Shown: positions 47,575 through 57,801 of the stretch, in pieces
How the letters are laid out: each line of letters begins with the position of its first letter
Numbering within the stretch: position 1 is the stretch's first letter
NCBI GenBank assembly: GCA_045636045.1
Contig: JAZTWT010000004.1
Span: forward strand, 52,257-116,256
DNA length: 64,000 nucleotides
Direction: 5' to 3'
Origin: Candidatus Enterousia sp.
GTDB taxonomy: Bacteria; Pseudomonadota; Alphaproteobacteria; Rs-D84
Made by a program: the position numbers and the translations under genes
The notes under the pieces: model-generated
Database searches by the model: none
What the model was told of the DNA's origin: nothing
Seen by the model: only the letters and a program-made list of their open reading frames with translations

Positions 47575-48792
47575 ATGACAATAGGTGACATTTTAAAAGA
47601 ATCATGGCTGTCAATCAGCGGTAATAAAATCCGTTCGTTTTTAACAGTTTTGGGTATTATTATTGGTGTTATGGCGGTGGTAATTATGGTTGCGGTTGGA
47701 GAAACTGTCCAGAATGAAATCACGGGGCAATTTTCGTCACTGGGAACAAATACGATTATGATTCGTGCTGGTGCCGCGCAAAGTGCCGGTGTCAGAACCG
47801 GAAATCGCAATACCTTGACTATCCAAGATGCAGAATTTATTGGTAAATTGCCCGATGTTATGGCGGTTTCACCGGTACAAAATGGTATGGCCCAGGCAAT
47901 TTATGGTAATAAAAACTGGGGCACATCAATGGTTGGGGTATATCCAGACTATACAACTGTCCAGAATATTGAAATGGAATACGGCACATTCTTTGATATG
48001 TCGGCGGTGCGGAATGCGTCAACCTATGCGGTTATTGGTCCAGAAACGGCCGAAGAATTGGGGATGCCTAAAAATCCGGTTGGTGAAATCGTCCGTGTTC
48101 AAAATACGCCATTTGTAATTATTGGCGTGACCAAGGCCAAGGGGGATTCCGCCATGGGCAGCCAAGACGATATGATTTTAATCCCAATTACGACATTAAA
48201 AAAACGTTTACAGGGTTCTCGTTTTCCAAACTCGGTTAATATGGTTGCGTTAAAATTATACCCGGATTCTGACAATAATTTAGCGATTGAACAAATCAGC
48301 GCATTATTGCGTCAACGCCACAGACTGAAAGACGATGCAGATGATGATTTTCAAATTATGGATATGAAGCAGGTTATGGAAACAATGAATACCGTGACCG
48401 GGTATTTAAAGTTGTTGCTGATTGCGATTGCGGCCGTGTCTTTGTTAGTTGGGGCGATTGGTATTATGAATATGATGCTGGTATCGGTCGCAGAACGCAC
48501 GCGCGAGATTGGTATACGCAAGGCCATCGGGGCCCGTGAACGCATGATTATAATCCAATTTTTATCAGAATCTGTTCTAATTTCATTTATTGGTTCGATG
48601 ATTGGATTATTTGTTGGTGTTGGATTATCCCAGGGAATTGGACGATTTATACTGGGGTACAATGTTCCGTTCAGTATATGGCCGGTTGTTTTGTCGGTGT
48701 CGGTTGCGGTAATTGTTGGACTGTCATCTGGTGTAATGCCTGCGATGAAGGCCGCAAAACTGAACCCGATTGACAGTTTGCGCCACGAATAA
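47575..48792 (+). CDS. ABC transporter permease, MacB/FtsX type (TM1, then a large periplasmic domain, then 3 TM)
   Basis: 405 aa with FtsX-like C-terminal TM bundle. It is adjacent to the ATPase gene. Confidence 0.8.
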   Translation: MTIGDILKESWLSISGNKIRSFLTVLGIIIGVMAVVIMVAVGETVQNEITGQFSSLGTNTIMIRAGAAQSAGVRTGNRNTLTIQDAEFIGKLPDVMAVSPVQNGMAQAIYGNKNWGTSMVGVYPDYTTVQNIEMEYGTFFDMSAVRNASTYAVIGPETAEELGMPKNPVGEIVRVQNTPFVIIGVTKAKGDSAMGSQDDMILIPITTLKKRLQGSRFPNSVNMVALKLYPDSDNNLAIEQISALLRQRHRLKDDADDDFQIMDMKQVMETMNTVTGYLKLLLIAIAAVSLLVGAIGIMNMMLVSVAERTREIGIRKAIGARERMIIIQFLSESVLISFIGSMIGLFVGVGLSQGIGRFILGYNVPFSIWPVVLSVSVAVIVGLSSGVMPAMKAAKLNPIDSLRHE

Positions 48793-48823
48793 AAAAAACG
48801 CCCCGTTTGGGGCATTTTTTTTA
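48791..48823. terminator. Bidirectional terminator (cgccccgtttggggc)
   Basis: Palindrome with A-run and T-run flanks between the permease gene (+) and rmuC (-). Confidence 0.6.
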
Positions 48824-49702
48824 TCAATCTTCGCCAAAGTCCATGTCGCGCAACTTTTCTGCGCGTGGCGCAATTTTTGAAATTGATGTTTGTAATTGTT
48901 CAATATCTGTTTGTGCCTGGGCAAAATGGCGTGACACATTTACCGCACGGTCGTTTAATCGTGTCAGGTCTGTTAACAGCAAATCCAATTCTTTTTTTAT
49001 CTGGGCCGCCACACGTTTTATTTTTATATCAGACAGCACTGCGCGAATTGTATTTAACGTTGCCCACAGTGTTGATGGCGACACAATAAATACTCGTTTG
49101 CGCGCGGCATATTCAATCGCACCCGGAAATTCACGGTGCAGTGTTTCAAAAATTGATTCAGATGCAATAAACATCATCGCAGATTCTGCTGTTTGACCTG
49201 GGATAATGTATTTTTCGCCGATTGCATCAATATGTTTACGCACATCCAGTTCAAATTGTTTTTTTGCCATACCATCGTTTGCATCCAACAACATTCGGTT
49301 ATAACTTTCCAGTGGAAATTTACTGTCAATAATCATATCCCCTGGTGGATATGGCAGACGAATTATACAGTCTGGGCGTACACCTGTGCTTAATACTGAT
49401 TGAAACGCGTATGTTTCTGGTGGCATAATGTCGCGCACCAAATCTTCCAGTTGTCTTTCGCCAAATGTTCCACGTGCCTGTTTGTTGCCCATTAAAATAT
49501 TTTTAAAATTTGCAATATCGCCACTGATGTTTTTCAGTTCGATTGCATTCTGGGACAAAGCGCCCAATCTTTCTGCCAATCTTTCGCGTAGCCGTGCATT
49601 ATCTTCGCGCAGTGCAGATATATCGACCATTGGTCGTCGCAGTAATATTGCCACCAATAAAACAATTATTATAAACAATAATACAAAAATATAAGTTGTC
49701 AT
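48824..49702 (-). CDS. rmuC: DNA recombination protein RmuC (partial-length homolog)
   Basis: N-terminal TM helix, coiled coil, and a C-terminal RmuC nuclease-like region. Confidence 0.6.
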   Translation of the reverse strand: MTTYIFVLLFIIIVLLVAILLRRPMVDISALREDNARLRERLAERLGALSQNAIELKNISGDIANFKNILMGNKQARGTFGERQLEDLVRDIMPPETYAFQSVLSTGVRPDCIIRLPYPPGDMIIDSKFPLESYNRMLLDANDGMAKKQFELDVRKHIDAIGEKYIIPGQTAESAMMFIASESIFETLHREFPGAIEYAARKRVFIVSPSTLWATLNTIRAVLSDIKIKRVAAQIKKELDLLLTDLTRLNDRAVNVSRHFAQAQTDIEQLQTSISKIAPRAEKLRDMDFGED

Positions 49703-49744
49703 TTCACTTTCCTTTGCTATTATTTATTATAAGAGGATTTAAAT

Positions 49745-50248
49745 ATGTTGCAAATGAAACTTTGTGGTGATGTGGTTTTGCATACGATATGTGAGCCTAT
49801 TGACCAAATTACACCAGAATTATTGTCAACCATGGACGAAATGGTTGAAATGATGCGTGCGCAAAATGGCGTTGGTCTGGCTGCACCCCAGGTTGGAATC
49901 CTGTCGCGCTTTTTGGTGATGATGGATCCAGATTCTGAAACGATTTATCGGATGATAAATCCACGTATTATTTCATACGGGCCAGATAAAACGATAATGG
50001 AAGAGGGGTGTCTGTCCGTATTGGGGCATGATGGTTTACCTGTATATGCAAATGTCACGCGTCCATCTTCTGTTATTGTTGAATGGACTGATGAACATGG
50101 TCAAAATAAAATGGCAGAGATGTCTGGGCTGCCTGCCCGAATCGTTCAGCATGAAACGGATCATTTGGACGGTAAATTGTTCGTAGATTATTTATCGCCA
50201 CTGCGTCGTGAAATGCTGATGCGCAAGGTCAAGAAACAGAAGATATAA
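49745..50248 (+). CDS. def: Peptide deformylase
   Basis: GVGLAAPQVG, EGCLS and the HETDH metal-binding motif. Confidence 0.9.
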   Translation: MLQMKLCGDVVLHTICEPIDQITPELLSTMDEMVEMMRAQNGVGLAAPQVGILSRFLVMMDPDSETIYRMINPRIISYGPDKTIMEEGCLSVLGHDGLPVYANVTRPSSVIVEWTDEHGQNKMAEMSGLPARIVQHETDHLDGKLFVDYLSPLRREMLMRKVKKQKI

Positions 50249-50251
50249 AAT

Positions 50252-51058
50252 ATGAAATTGGTTTTGATGGGAACAAATGCATTTGTTGTCCCAATTTTTG
50301 AAGCGATAAAAAATGCGGGTCATGAAATCATGGCGGTATTTACCCGTGCGCCAAAACCGACCGGGCGAAAACAGGTTTTAACACCGTCGCCGGTTCATGT
50401 ATGGGCGGATGAAAACGGTTTAACCCTTCATACGAATATTAACGAATATAATTACACCCCTGATATGGTGGTTGTGATTTCATATGGTGTGATTCTGCGT
50501 GATAATGTATTGGGTTCTGCGCCAGTTATAAATATTCATCCCAGTGATTTACCAAAATACCGTGGCGCATCTCCAATTCGTACGGCGATATATAATGGGG
50601 ATAAAGTATCTGCGGTATGTCTAATGTCGGTGACCCCAGAATTGGATGCGGGTGATGTTTTTATGCGCCGTGAATTTGAAATTGGCATTGATGATACAAA
50701 TGATTCAATCGAAGGGTATGTTTCTAAGATTGGCGCAGATATGTTGATTGAATATTTAAAAAATCCGTCCATATTTCCTGGGATTTCGCAATCTGGTGAT
50801 GCGACATATACACATAAATGGACGGGGGCAGATGAAATTATTGATTGGTCGCGTGATGCGCGTGATATTCACAATCAAATTCGCGCATTGGGATGTGGTC
50901 GTACCAAGATAAACGGCATTGATGTCAAGATTTTAAAAACAAAATTAGATAATGAAAAATTGGAAGTTTTGCAACTGCAGCCTGCTGGTAAAAAGCCAAT
51001 GGATTGGAAAAGTTTCCTGAACGGTCTGCGCGATGCAGAAATAAAATTTGGGGAATAA
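50252..51058 (+). CDS. fmt: Methionyl-tRNA formyltransferase (short form, 268 aa)
   Basis: Formyltransferase N-domain (NIHPSDLPKYRGASPI). It follows def as in the conserved def-fmt operon. Confidence 0.8.
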   Translation: MKLVLMGTNAFVVPIFEAIKNAGHEIMAVFTRAPKPTGRKQVLTPSPVHVWADENGLTLHTNINEYNYTPDMVVVISYGVILRDNVLGSAPVINIHPSDLPKYRGASPIRTAIYNGDKVSAVCLMSVTPELDAGDVFMRREFEIGIDDTNDSIEGYVSKIGADMLIEYLKNPSIFPGISQSGDATYTHKWTGADEIIDWSRDARDIHNQIRALGCGRTKINGIDVKILKTKLDNEKLEVLQLQPAGKKPMDWKSFLNGLRDAEIKFGE

Positions 51059-51790
51059 ATGACACGATATAAGGTGACCATTGAATACGACGGAACAGAT
51101 TTAATCGGCTGGCAGGAAAACCGCCAGGGACCATCTGTTCAGTCAATAATGAAAGATGCGATTGAAAAATTCTGTGGCGTACGCCCAGATGTTGTTGCGG
51201 CGGGGCGTACAGATTCTGGTGTGCATGCCATTGCAATGGCTGCGCATTTTGACATTGATGCCGCACATACGGCCCAAACCGTTATGCGTGCATTAAATTT
51301 TTATCTGGTGGGTCAGCCTGTGTCTGTATTAGATTGTGAGATTGTGTCTGATGATTTTAATGCGCGTTTTGATTGTGTTGCGCGCCACTATAAATATATT
51401 GTATTAAATCGTGCAGCGGCACCGGTATTAAATAAGAATCGTGTGTATTGGGTGCCGCGTGCGCTGGACGTTGATGCGATGCGCAGTGCGGCAGAAAAAT
51501 TAATTGGCAATCATGATTTTACCAGTTTTCGTGCATCAGAATGTCAGGCTAAATCCCCGGTTAAGACCCTGGATAAAATTGAAATTACAAAAATTGGTGA
51601 TGAAATAATATTTGAATTTTCTGCGCGTTCATTCCTGCATCACATGGTGCGCAATATTGTTGGCACATTGATTGAAATTGGGTTGGGAAAATCATACGAT
51701 ATAGGTGCGGTATTTGCTGCACGCAATCGCAGCGCGGCCGGTCCAACCGCACCGGCATCCGGCCTGTACTTTATTCGCGCAGATTATTAA
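51059..51790 (+). CDS. truA: tRNA pseudouridine synthase A
   Basis: YKVTIEYDGTDLIGWQ and the catalytic AAGRTDSGVHA. Confidence 0.9.
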   Translation: MTRYKVTIEYDGTDLIGWQENRQGPSVQSIMKDAIEKFCGVRPDVVAAGRTDSGVHAIAMAAHFDIDAAHTAQTVMRALNFYLVGQPVSVLDCEIVSDDFNARFDCVARHYKYIVLNRAAAPVLNKNRVYWVPRALDVDAMRSAAEKLIGNHDFTSFRASECQAKSPVKTLDKIEITKIGDEIIFEFSARSFLHHMVRNIVGTLIEIGLGKSYDIGAVFAARNRSAAGPTAPASGLYFIRADY

Positions 51791-53697
51791 TTCCATCGTC
51801 TGTGCTTTCTGGTGTATTTTATATGTCCGTTTGGATAAATTACAAACCCACCACGCAGTAATTTATGTGCGCAGTATTCTGATTTAATATCGTAATACGA
51901 AACAATATATTTAACAGAATTATCCCTGCACAGATTATCTATGTTTTTCATCAGTGGTACAAATTTATTAATATAAACAATATTGCCATAACGATAAATT
52001 CCATTATCATGTTTACGCCGTCTGTTTGGTGTATTTTGTTCTTCGCCGTTAATCTGTTTCCAGGTGTTGAATGCAAAATAGTGTTTTGAGGCGCGTGATT
52101 TATTAAATTCTAATTTTCCATCATTGCGTACAAATGCAACCAGTTCATTATCGTATGTTGCAAAGAATATCGGTCGTGGTGTAAAATAAACAATCATTAT
52201 CCCAATTATGGAAAGAGCGCTAAATAAAATCAGATTAAATTTAATTCGTGTATTCCGTATCAGCATCAGGCACATAAACCCAACAACAAAACATATAATC
52301 GCAGTATTTGGAATATGTGGCGTGCCAATCATTGCATTTGGTAGTCTGGAAATATTGTCTGCAATACCCAACAAATAATCATATACATTATGTGCCATTG
52401 TGACAGGCGCGTTTGCGCTAAAAACAGTTCCGATTAAAACCAGTGGCATAATTATAAAAGAAAACACTGGCAACAAAATTAGATTTCCAATTAATCCATA
52501 AATAGGTATCGCACCAAAGTGTGCTGCTACAAATGGTGCGGTAAATATGGTTGCTATAATAGTGGTCAGTACCGATGTGTAAATAATGCGCAATGGTTTA
52601 TTGTCTGGCATTTTTGGTTTTACAATGGTAAAGAACCAAACCAACCCAAACACCGCGGCAAAAGATAATTGAAAACCTGCCTGCATTACATAGTGTGGAT
52701 TCAAGCATAACACCACACAGAATACAATCGCAATATTGCGCAAAGAAATCGCGCTGCGCCCAAATATAAATGCACCAAACACTAATGCGGTCATCAAGAA
52801 TGCGCGAATTGTTGCAACATCGCAACCAGATAAAAATAAATAAACCAGCAATCCCACCAAAGCGCAACACATCGCTGGAATTTTGGCCGATGTACGTCGT
52901 GTGATATATGGTGTGGCACGAAACAGGAAATAAAACATCATGAAAATCCATCCGCCAACCAATGTCATGTGAAATCCACTGATTGACCATACATGTCCAA
53001 TACCTGTTGCTGTCCAAATTTCTGAATGTGTTTTTGGTATTGCATCTTTGTACCCCAGGACCAGTGTGTCAACCAGAAAAGAGTTTGTTTGACTGTGGAT
53101 TTTGTCACGCAGTTTATTTACATTGATTGAATTATTATGCTTGATAACATTTATCTTGTCTGCATAACCCGTGGCGGACAATTTATTAAAATACGCCCAA
53201 CGTGCATAATCAAATGTTTCAGGGGCGTATGCTGCGTTTGGTTTGAACAGTCCAATATTTACACGCACCATATCGTCAATTTTCGGTGTGCTAATGCCTG
53301 TACCCAATGTCACACGTACATTTGCCATGCCAATGCCTGCATTTATATCTGTTGCATTTACGGATAAATAAATTCGTGTTTTTTCGTCTGTGTAATCAAC
53401 TGATTTAACAGAACCGACAATTTCCAGATTATGCAAATCGCGTGATAATCTTGGTGTGTTAATAATGTTTGTAAATATGCACGCATAACAAAAACCAATA
53501 ATAAATAAAAATATTCCACGTAATAAAATCGGTATATGTTTAATCAAAGATATTCCAACCGTTATGATAAATACGCATGCGGTCAAAATTATGTTGGGTT
53601 CATTAGTTATTGTGAAATATGATGCGGCGCCAAATGCCAATAAAAATGGCACGTACAGGAATAAATTCTGATGCTGACTTTCCAACCAATCGCGCAT
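51787..53697 (-). CDS. comEC: ComEC/Rec2-family DNA internalization channel protein (no C-terminal metallo-beta-lactamase domain evident)
   Basis: 636 aa polytopic membrane protein with the competence-domain signature (GIGHVWSISGFHMTLVGG). Confidence 0.7.
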   Translation of the reverse strand: MRDWLESQHQNLFLYVPFLLAFGAASYFTITNEPNIILTACVFIITVGISLIKHIPILLRGIFLFIIGFCYACIFTNIINTPRLSRDLHNLEIVGSVKSVDYTDEKTRIYLSVNATDINAGIGMANVRVTLGTGISTPKIDDMVRVNIGLFKPNAAYAPETFDYARWAYFNKLSATGYADKINVIKHNNSINVNKLRDKIHSQTNSFLVDTLVLGYKDAIPKTHSEIWTATGIGHVWSISGFHMTLVGGWIFMMFYFLFRATPYITRRTSAKIPAMCCALVGLLVYLFLSGCDVATIRAFLMTALVFGAFIFGRSAISLRNIAIVFCVVLCLNPHYVMQAGFQLSFAAVFGLVWFFTIVKPKMPDNKPLRIIYTSVLTTIIATIFTAPFVAAHFGAIPIYGLIGNLILLPVFSFIIMPLVLIGTVFSANAPVTMAHNVYDYLLGIADNISRLPNAMIGTPHIPNTAIICFVVGFMCLMLIRNTRIKFNLILFSALSIIGIMIVYFTPRPIFFATYDNELVAFVRNDGKLEFNKSRASKHYFAFNTWKQINGEEQNTPNRRRKHDNGIYRYGNIVYINKFVPLMKNIDNLCRDNSVKYIVSYYDIKSEYCAHKLLRGGFVIYPNGHIKYTRKHRRWN

Positions 53698-53731
53698 ATA
53701 AAAAGTATAGGATTTTATATACGCGATGCAA

Positions 53732-54004
53732 TTATTTTTTACGTTTTCTTATGTTTTTTTTGTGGTTATCTGTATTTCCCAGAATTTGCATTTGCATTTG
53801 CATGATGATATTTTCCTTGGTACGAATTTGTCGCAACAGTTCTTCGTTTTCTAGTTTTATTCTGTTCAGTTCTGATTTACTTATGACCAACTGATTTGCC
53901 ATTTTCTTGCCACGTTTGCGATTCAGAAAAAAAGCAAAAATAGCACCAAGTATCGCACCGATGGATGCGCTAATAACATCAAAAAGTGTTTCTATGAATG
54001 ACAT
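53732..54004 (-). CDS. Small membrane-anchored coiled-coil protein (90 aa), hypothetical
   Basis: N-terminal TM helix (ISASIGAILGAIFAFFL), coiled coil, and a Lys/Arg-rich tail. Confidence 0.4.
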   Translation of the reverse strand: MSFIETLFDVISASIGAILGAIFAFFLNRKRGKKMANQLVISKSELNRIKLENEELLRQIRTKENIIMQMQMQILGNTDNHKKNIRKRKK

Positions 54005-54044
54005 AGAAACACTATAACTTTTCAGATTTAAAAAATCATTTGGT

Positions 54045-54641
54045 TTATTTTCTCAGACCTGTTTTGCGGTCAATCCATACTTGTTCAGCTGCGATTTCCA
54101 TCATTGGTAAATCTGATTTACTGTCAGAATACGCGCGAACAACATTTGGGATAAACTTGTTTTCTTTTGCCCATTCGTCCATTTTATAAACCTTGTTTTT
54201 ACCCCAGCACAAGAATTTATATTTCCATGGTTTTTTCTTGTCCATTTCTGAACAAAACACCGCATCAAATTTCATGTCGCGAACCAACTGTGGCAACAGG
54301 TAATCTGGGCTGGCAGAAATCATTACCACCTTGCGACCGGCATCTTTTTCTGCCTGGACGCGTTCTTTGGCCCATCCGAATCTTTCGCGTTTGTGTTGTT
54401 TAATAAAACCTGGTGCAAATCTTTTAACCATTTTTGGTGTCATAAACCGACGAATATTTTCGCGCCACCATACACCATCTGGCTTTATCCAGCGGCAAAG
54501 ACCACATATCGCCATCAATGGTGTATAAAGCCATGGTCGAATACTGTGTCGAAAACAATATTTTGCAAATTCGACATTCGAATCACATGCGGATAATGTT
54601 CCGTCAAAATCAAATAAAACTACATCTGTTTTTTTTAACAT
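54045..54641 (-). CDS. HAD-superfamily hydrolase
   Basis: The DxD motif VLFDFDGTLS is 7 aa from the N-terminus. Confidence 0.65.
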   Translation of the reverse strand: MLKKTDVVLFDFDGTLSACDSNVEFAKYCFRHSIRPWLYTPLMAICGLCRWIKPDGVWWRENIRRFMTPKMVKRFAPGFIKQHKRERFGWAKERVQAEKDAGRKVVMISASPDYLLPQLVRDMKFDAVFCSEMDKKKPWKYKFLCWGKNKVYKMDEWAKENKFIPNVVRAYSDSKSDLPMMEIAAEQVWIDRKTGLRK

Positions 54642-54656
54642 GTATAAAAGCCTTTG

Positions 54657-55139
54657 TTATTTTCTGTTTTTTCTGAATTCGTCCAATGACACAACGCGAC
54701 CTGGATCGGGTACTGTATCTGGTTTTTCATCCAGTGGTAATTCCATATCATTATCTGCCGCCGGGTTTTGTGGTTTTGGCTGGAAAGACAGCATGAAATC
54801 AACCGACGGGTCCTTGAATTCCACCAGTGCAGAAAAAGGTACGCGTATAAAGAATGGTCGTCCATCAAATGTTAATTGCACACCAAATTCTTTGTCAGAC
54901 ACATGCAGATTGTTATACGAATATTGCAGAACAATCGTCATAATATCTGGGTATCTAATTCGCAGAAAGTCAGGCAATACCACCCCCACATCACGTGTGC
55001 GAAATGTTATAAAGAAATGTGTTCCATCACCCAGACCGTTAAACTGTGCATGAATCAGTGCATCTTTAACGACTGATTTTAATGCGTTATCTAATAAAGT
55101 TTGATAATCAATACGTGCCATAATTTTTACTCCGCGCAT
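54657..55139 (-). CDS. sspB: ClpXP adaptor SspB-like protein (stringent starvation protein B family)
   Basis: The core beta-fold aligns with SspB (HFFITFRT...GVVLP...MTIVLQ...QLTFDGRPFFIRVPFSALVEF versus E. coli HLVVDVTLPGVQVP...IVLNI...RFNARFGGIPRQVSVPLAAVLAI). An acidic linker and a basic C-terminal tail follow. Confidence 0.55.
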   Translation of the reverse strand: MRGVKIMARIDYQTLLDNALKSVVKDALIHAQFNGLGDGTHFFITFRTRDVGVVLPDFLRIRYPDIMTIVLQYSYNNLHVSDKEFGVQLTFDGRPFFIRVPFSALVEFKDPSVDFMLSFQPKPQNPAADNDMELPLDEKPDTVPDPGRVVSLDEFRKNRK

Positions 55140-56206
55140 ACTATATTACTTATTTCCCCATCTTGGCAAGTGACAAATACAGCATCTGGCACATCGATAA
55201 AAACATTTTTATCCAAGCCTGTTGCCCAAACCTGGGCATCAACCGACCCCAGTTCGCGGAACATGCTTGCACGTGCATTTGCATCCAAGTGTGCCGCCGC
55301 TTCGTCCAACAGAATTATTACGCGTTTACCTGTTTTTGTATGAATTAGTTTTGCGTGTGCCAATATTAAATCAATCAGAACTGATTTTTGTTGTCCGGTG
55401 CTGGTTAAGTGTGCCGGTAATTTTAATTCGTTGTTAAACACCGCAAAGTCTGATTTGTGTGCCCCATCCAGCACCATTTTATCCCCAATCAACATACGAT
55501 TGTTTTTAAGATATTCCATATATGCACGCTCTGCATCCCCTGCGCTGCATCCATCAATCAGCATTTTTTCAATCCAGCCAGATACAGAAACTGCGCATCG
55601 TTTCAAAAAATAGTTTATTTCGCCCGCATATTGAATTCGTGCAACTGCAATCGCAACGGCTGCGCCTGCGATTTGTTCATCCAGTGCGTTCAGCCAGTGA
55701 ACATCTGCACCTGTTTTTAATGCATATGCGCGTTCGCTTAACAGTTTGCTAAGCTTTGCACCCCTTCCTGCATGTGCTGTATCAAAACTGGTCGTCAGAC
55801 GGTCAAAGAACGCCCGGCGTTCAGATGCACTGTCGACAAATAATCTGTCTTCGCGTGGGGTCAGCCATACAATTCTGATATGTTTTGCCAAATCGGACAG
55901 TGGCGCATTTTCCCCATCGATTTTTGCACGACGATTCGCATCCCCACCTGTAAAATGAACGGCTATTTCGGTTGCATCATCCAGTTCTGCATGTGTGCAA
56001 AAACTGCCGTTTCCATTAAAACGTGCAATGTCGCACATTTGTGCACCGCGCATACCGCGTTCTCCGGCCAGCATTGATACTGCCTCCAGTATTGCGGTTT
56101 TACCTGCGCCATTTGGTCCGATGATAATAACATTATGCCGACCGTGTGTCACAACGCGACACATAATATGGTTTCTAAAATCGGTTAAACTAAGACTGGC
56201 AATCAT
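55127..56206 (-). CDS. recF: DNA replication and repair protein RecF
   Basis: Walker A GPNGAGKTAILEAVSML and the SMC-like signature. The start is ATG at 56206 (MIASLSLTDFRNH). The ORF-track extension to 56515 reads through the tRNA-Cys gene and is spurious. Confidence 0.85.
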   Translation of the reverse strand: MIASLSLTDFRNHIMCRVVTHGRHNVIIIGPNGAGKTAILEAVSMLAGERGMRGAQMCDIARFNGNGSFCTHAELDDATEIAVHFTGGDANRRAKIDGENAPLSDLAKHIRIVWLTPREDRLFVDSASERRAFFDRLTTSFDTAHAGRGAKLSKLLSERAYALKTGADVHWLNALDEQIAGAAVAIAVARIQYAGEINYFLKRCAVSVSGWIEKMLIDGCSAGDAERAYMEYLKNNRMLIGDKMVLDGAHKSDFAVFNNELKLPAHLTSTGQQKSVLIDLILAHAKLIHTKTGKRVIILLDEAAAHLDANARASMFRELGSVDAQVWATGLDKNVFIDVPDAVFVTCQDGEISNIVCAE

Positions 56207-56289
56207 GCGCGAATCATACAAAATAAAAACAAAATTAAAAATAAAAAAATCACCCACATGGGGTGCGTTTAAAAATTTTTTTACAAGAG

Positions 56290-56364
56290 TGGAGGCCTGG
56301 GTCGGAATCGAACCGGCATCCAAGGATTTGCAGTCCTCTGCATAACCACTCTGCCACCAGGCCC
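56290..56364 (-). tRNA. tRNA-Cys (anticodon GCA)
   Basis: Reverse complement gggcctggtggcagagtggttatgcagaggactGCAaatccttggatgccggttcgattccgacccaggcctCCA. Anticodon loop is ctGCAaa, with a T-loop and CCA. Confidence 0.88.
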
Positions 56365-56457
56365 TAACTTGCCTGGTCATATTACGCAAAAATAAATTGT
56401 ATTTCAACATAAAAATATTTATAATGAAAAAAAGTTTATCAGAGAGAGTGTTTTTAC

Positions 56458-57801
56458 ATGAAGAAAATATCATATTTATTGCTGTGTGCATTGCCGTTTT
56501 CTGCGTTTGCTGCAACCGATGATTGCATGACGCGTACTGATGTGCCGACGGAAATTTTATCGTTGCCCCAGGTTATTGAACTTGGATTGTGTCGAAATCC
56601 ACAGACAACATCGGCATACCTGGCATACGAATCGGCGCGCCTGTCCAAGAATGCAGGCTATGCGGATTATTTGCCATCGCTCAGTGCGTCTGCATCTGCG
56701 TCTTTGCCATATCGTAATGAACAGTGGGGGGATTGGTCGTATGGTGCATCGTTATCTGCATCTTATTTAATATTTGATTTTGGTAAACGTTTGTCAGATT
56801 TAAATCAGTTGTCTGCTTCGTGGCGTGCGGCCGGTTTTGAATATGATGACACGGTTCAAAATTATATATATGGTCTGATTGGTTCTTACTATGCATTATT
56901 AAATGCGGACGCAGATGTTAAATCTGCAGAAATGCTGCAAAGTGTGGCAAAAACCGCGCGCGATACCGCACAAAAGAAGTTCAAGGCTGGTGCCGTTGCG
57001 CGTGCGGATGTTTTGCGTGCTGACACCACCCTGGCCAGTCGTGATTTAGATTTGGAACGCGCGAAAAACAATCGTGAAATTGCCAAGGGGACGTTACTAA
57101 ACAAACTGTCCTTTCCGGCGAACCAAGAAATAAAAATTGCAGATTTACCGGCTGAAATTGGGACACCTGGCGAAATAAAATCATTAGATGAATTGTTCGC
57201 CCAGGCGCAAAAGACACGTCCTGACCTGCTGCGTGCAACTGCGAACAAAGATGCCGCCTGGCACCGCCGGAACAGCACATTTTTAAGCAACCTGCCGTCA
57301 ATTTCTGCATCCGGTTCACTGCAGTGGAATGACACGCCGTCTGAATCTTTTAATGCAGGCAACGATAAAATCAGTGGCAGTATCGGAATTCGTGCATCAA
57401 TGCCGTTGTTTGCAGGCTTTGCAAATATGTACAATCTGCGTAATGCCCAGGTAAACTATGAACGTGCCGTTGAAAACGAACGCGCTACAAACGATAATGC
57501 CACACTGGATGTGTTCAGCGCGTATCATAATTACAAAACTGCACAAACGGTTTTAAAACAAACAGAAACGTTGTTAAAGTCCGCCACAGAAAGCGAGCGC
57601 GTCACCGCCGGTATGTATCGTGTTGGTCGTGCGACAATGTTGGATTGGCAAACTGCGCAATCAGAATTAATGACCGCGGAAAAACAAAATAATGCTGCGC
57701 GTTATGATTTATTTACCAAGCGTGCCGCGGTTGCTTTGTCTGTGGGCGAAATTAAGGCAAAATTAGAGGAGGGGGTCCTGCATGAAGAAAACAAACAATA
57801 A
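56458..57801 (+). CDS. tolC: TolC-family outer membrane efflux protein
   Basis: Signal peptide and a 447-aa two-repeat OEP architecture with coiled-coil segments. It overlaps the downstream adaptor gene. Confidence 0.75.
   Translation: MKKISYLLLCALPFSAFAATDDCMTRTDVPTEILSLPQVIELGLCRNPQTTSAYLAYESARLSKNAGYADYLPSLSASASASLPYRNEQWGDWSYGASLSASYLIFDFGKRLSDLNQLSASWRAAGFEYDDTVQNYIYGLIGSYYALLNADADVKSAEMLQSVAKTARDTAQKKFKAGAVARADVLRADTTLASRDLDLERAKNNREIAKGTLLNKLSFPANQEIKIADLPAEIGTPGEIKSLDELFAQAQKTRPDLLRATANKDAAWHRRNSTFLSNLPSISASGSLQWNDTPSESFNAGNDKISGSIGIRASMPLFAGFANMYNLRNAQVNYERAVENERATNDNATLDVFSAYHNYKTAQTVLKQTETLLKSATESERVTAGMYRVGRATMLDWQTAQSELMTAEKQNNAARYDLFTKRAAVALSVGEIKAKLEEGVLHEENKQ

Noticed and set aside
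56207-56515. ORF-track 103-codon N-terminal extension of recF.
   Set aside because: It is read across the tRNA-Cys gene (56290-56364). The conserved RecF start is at 56206.
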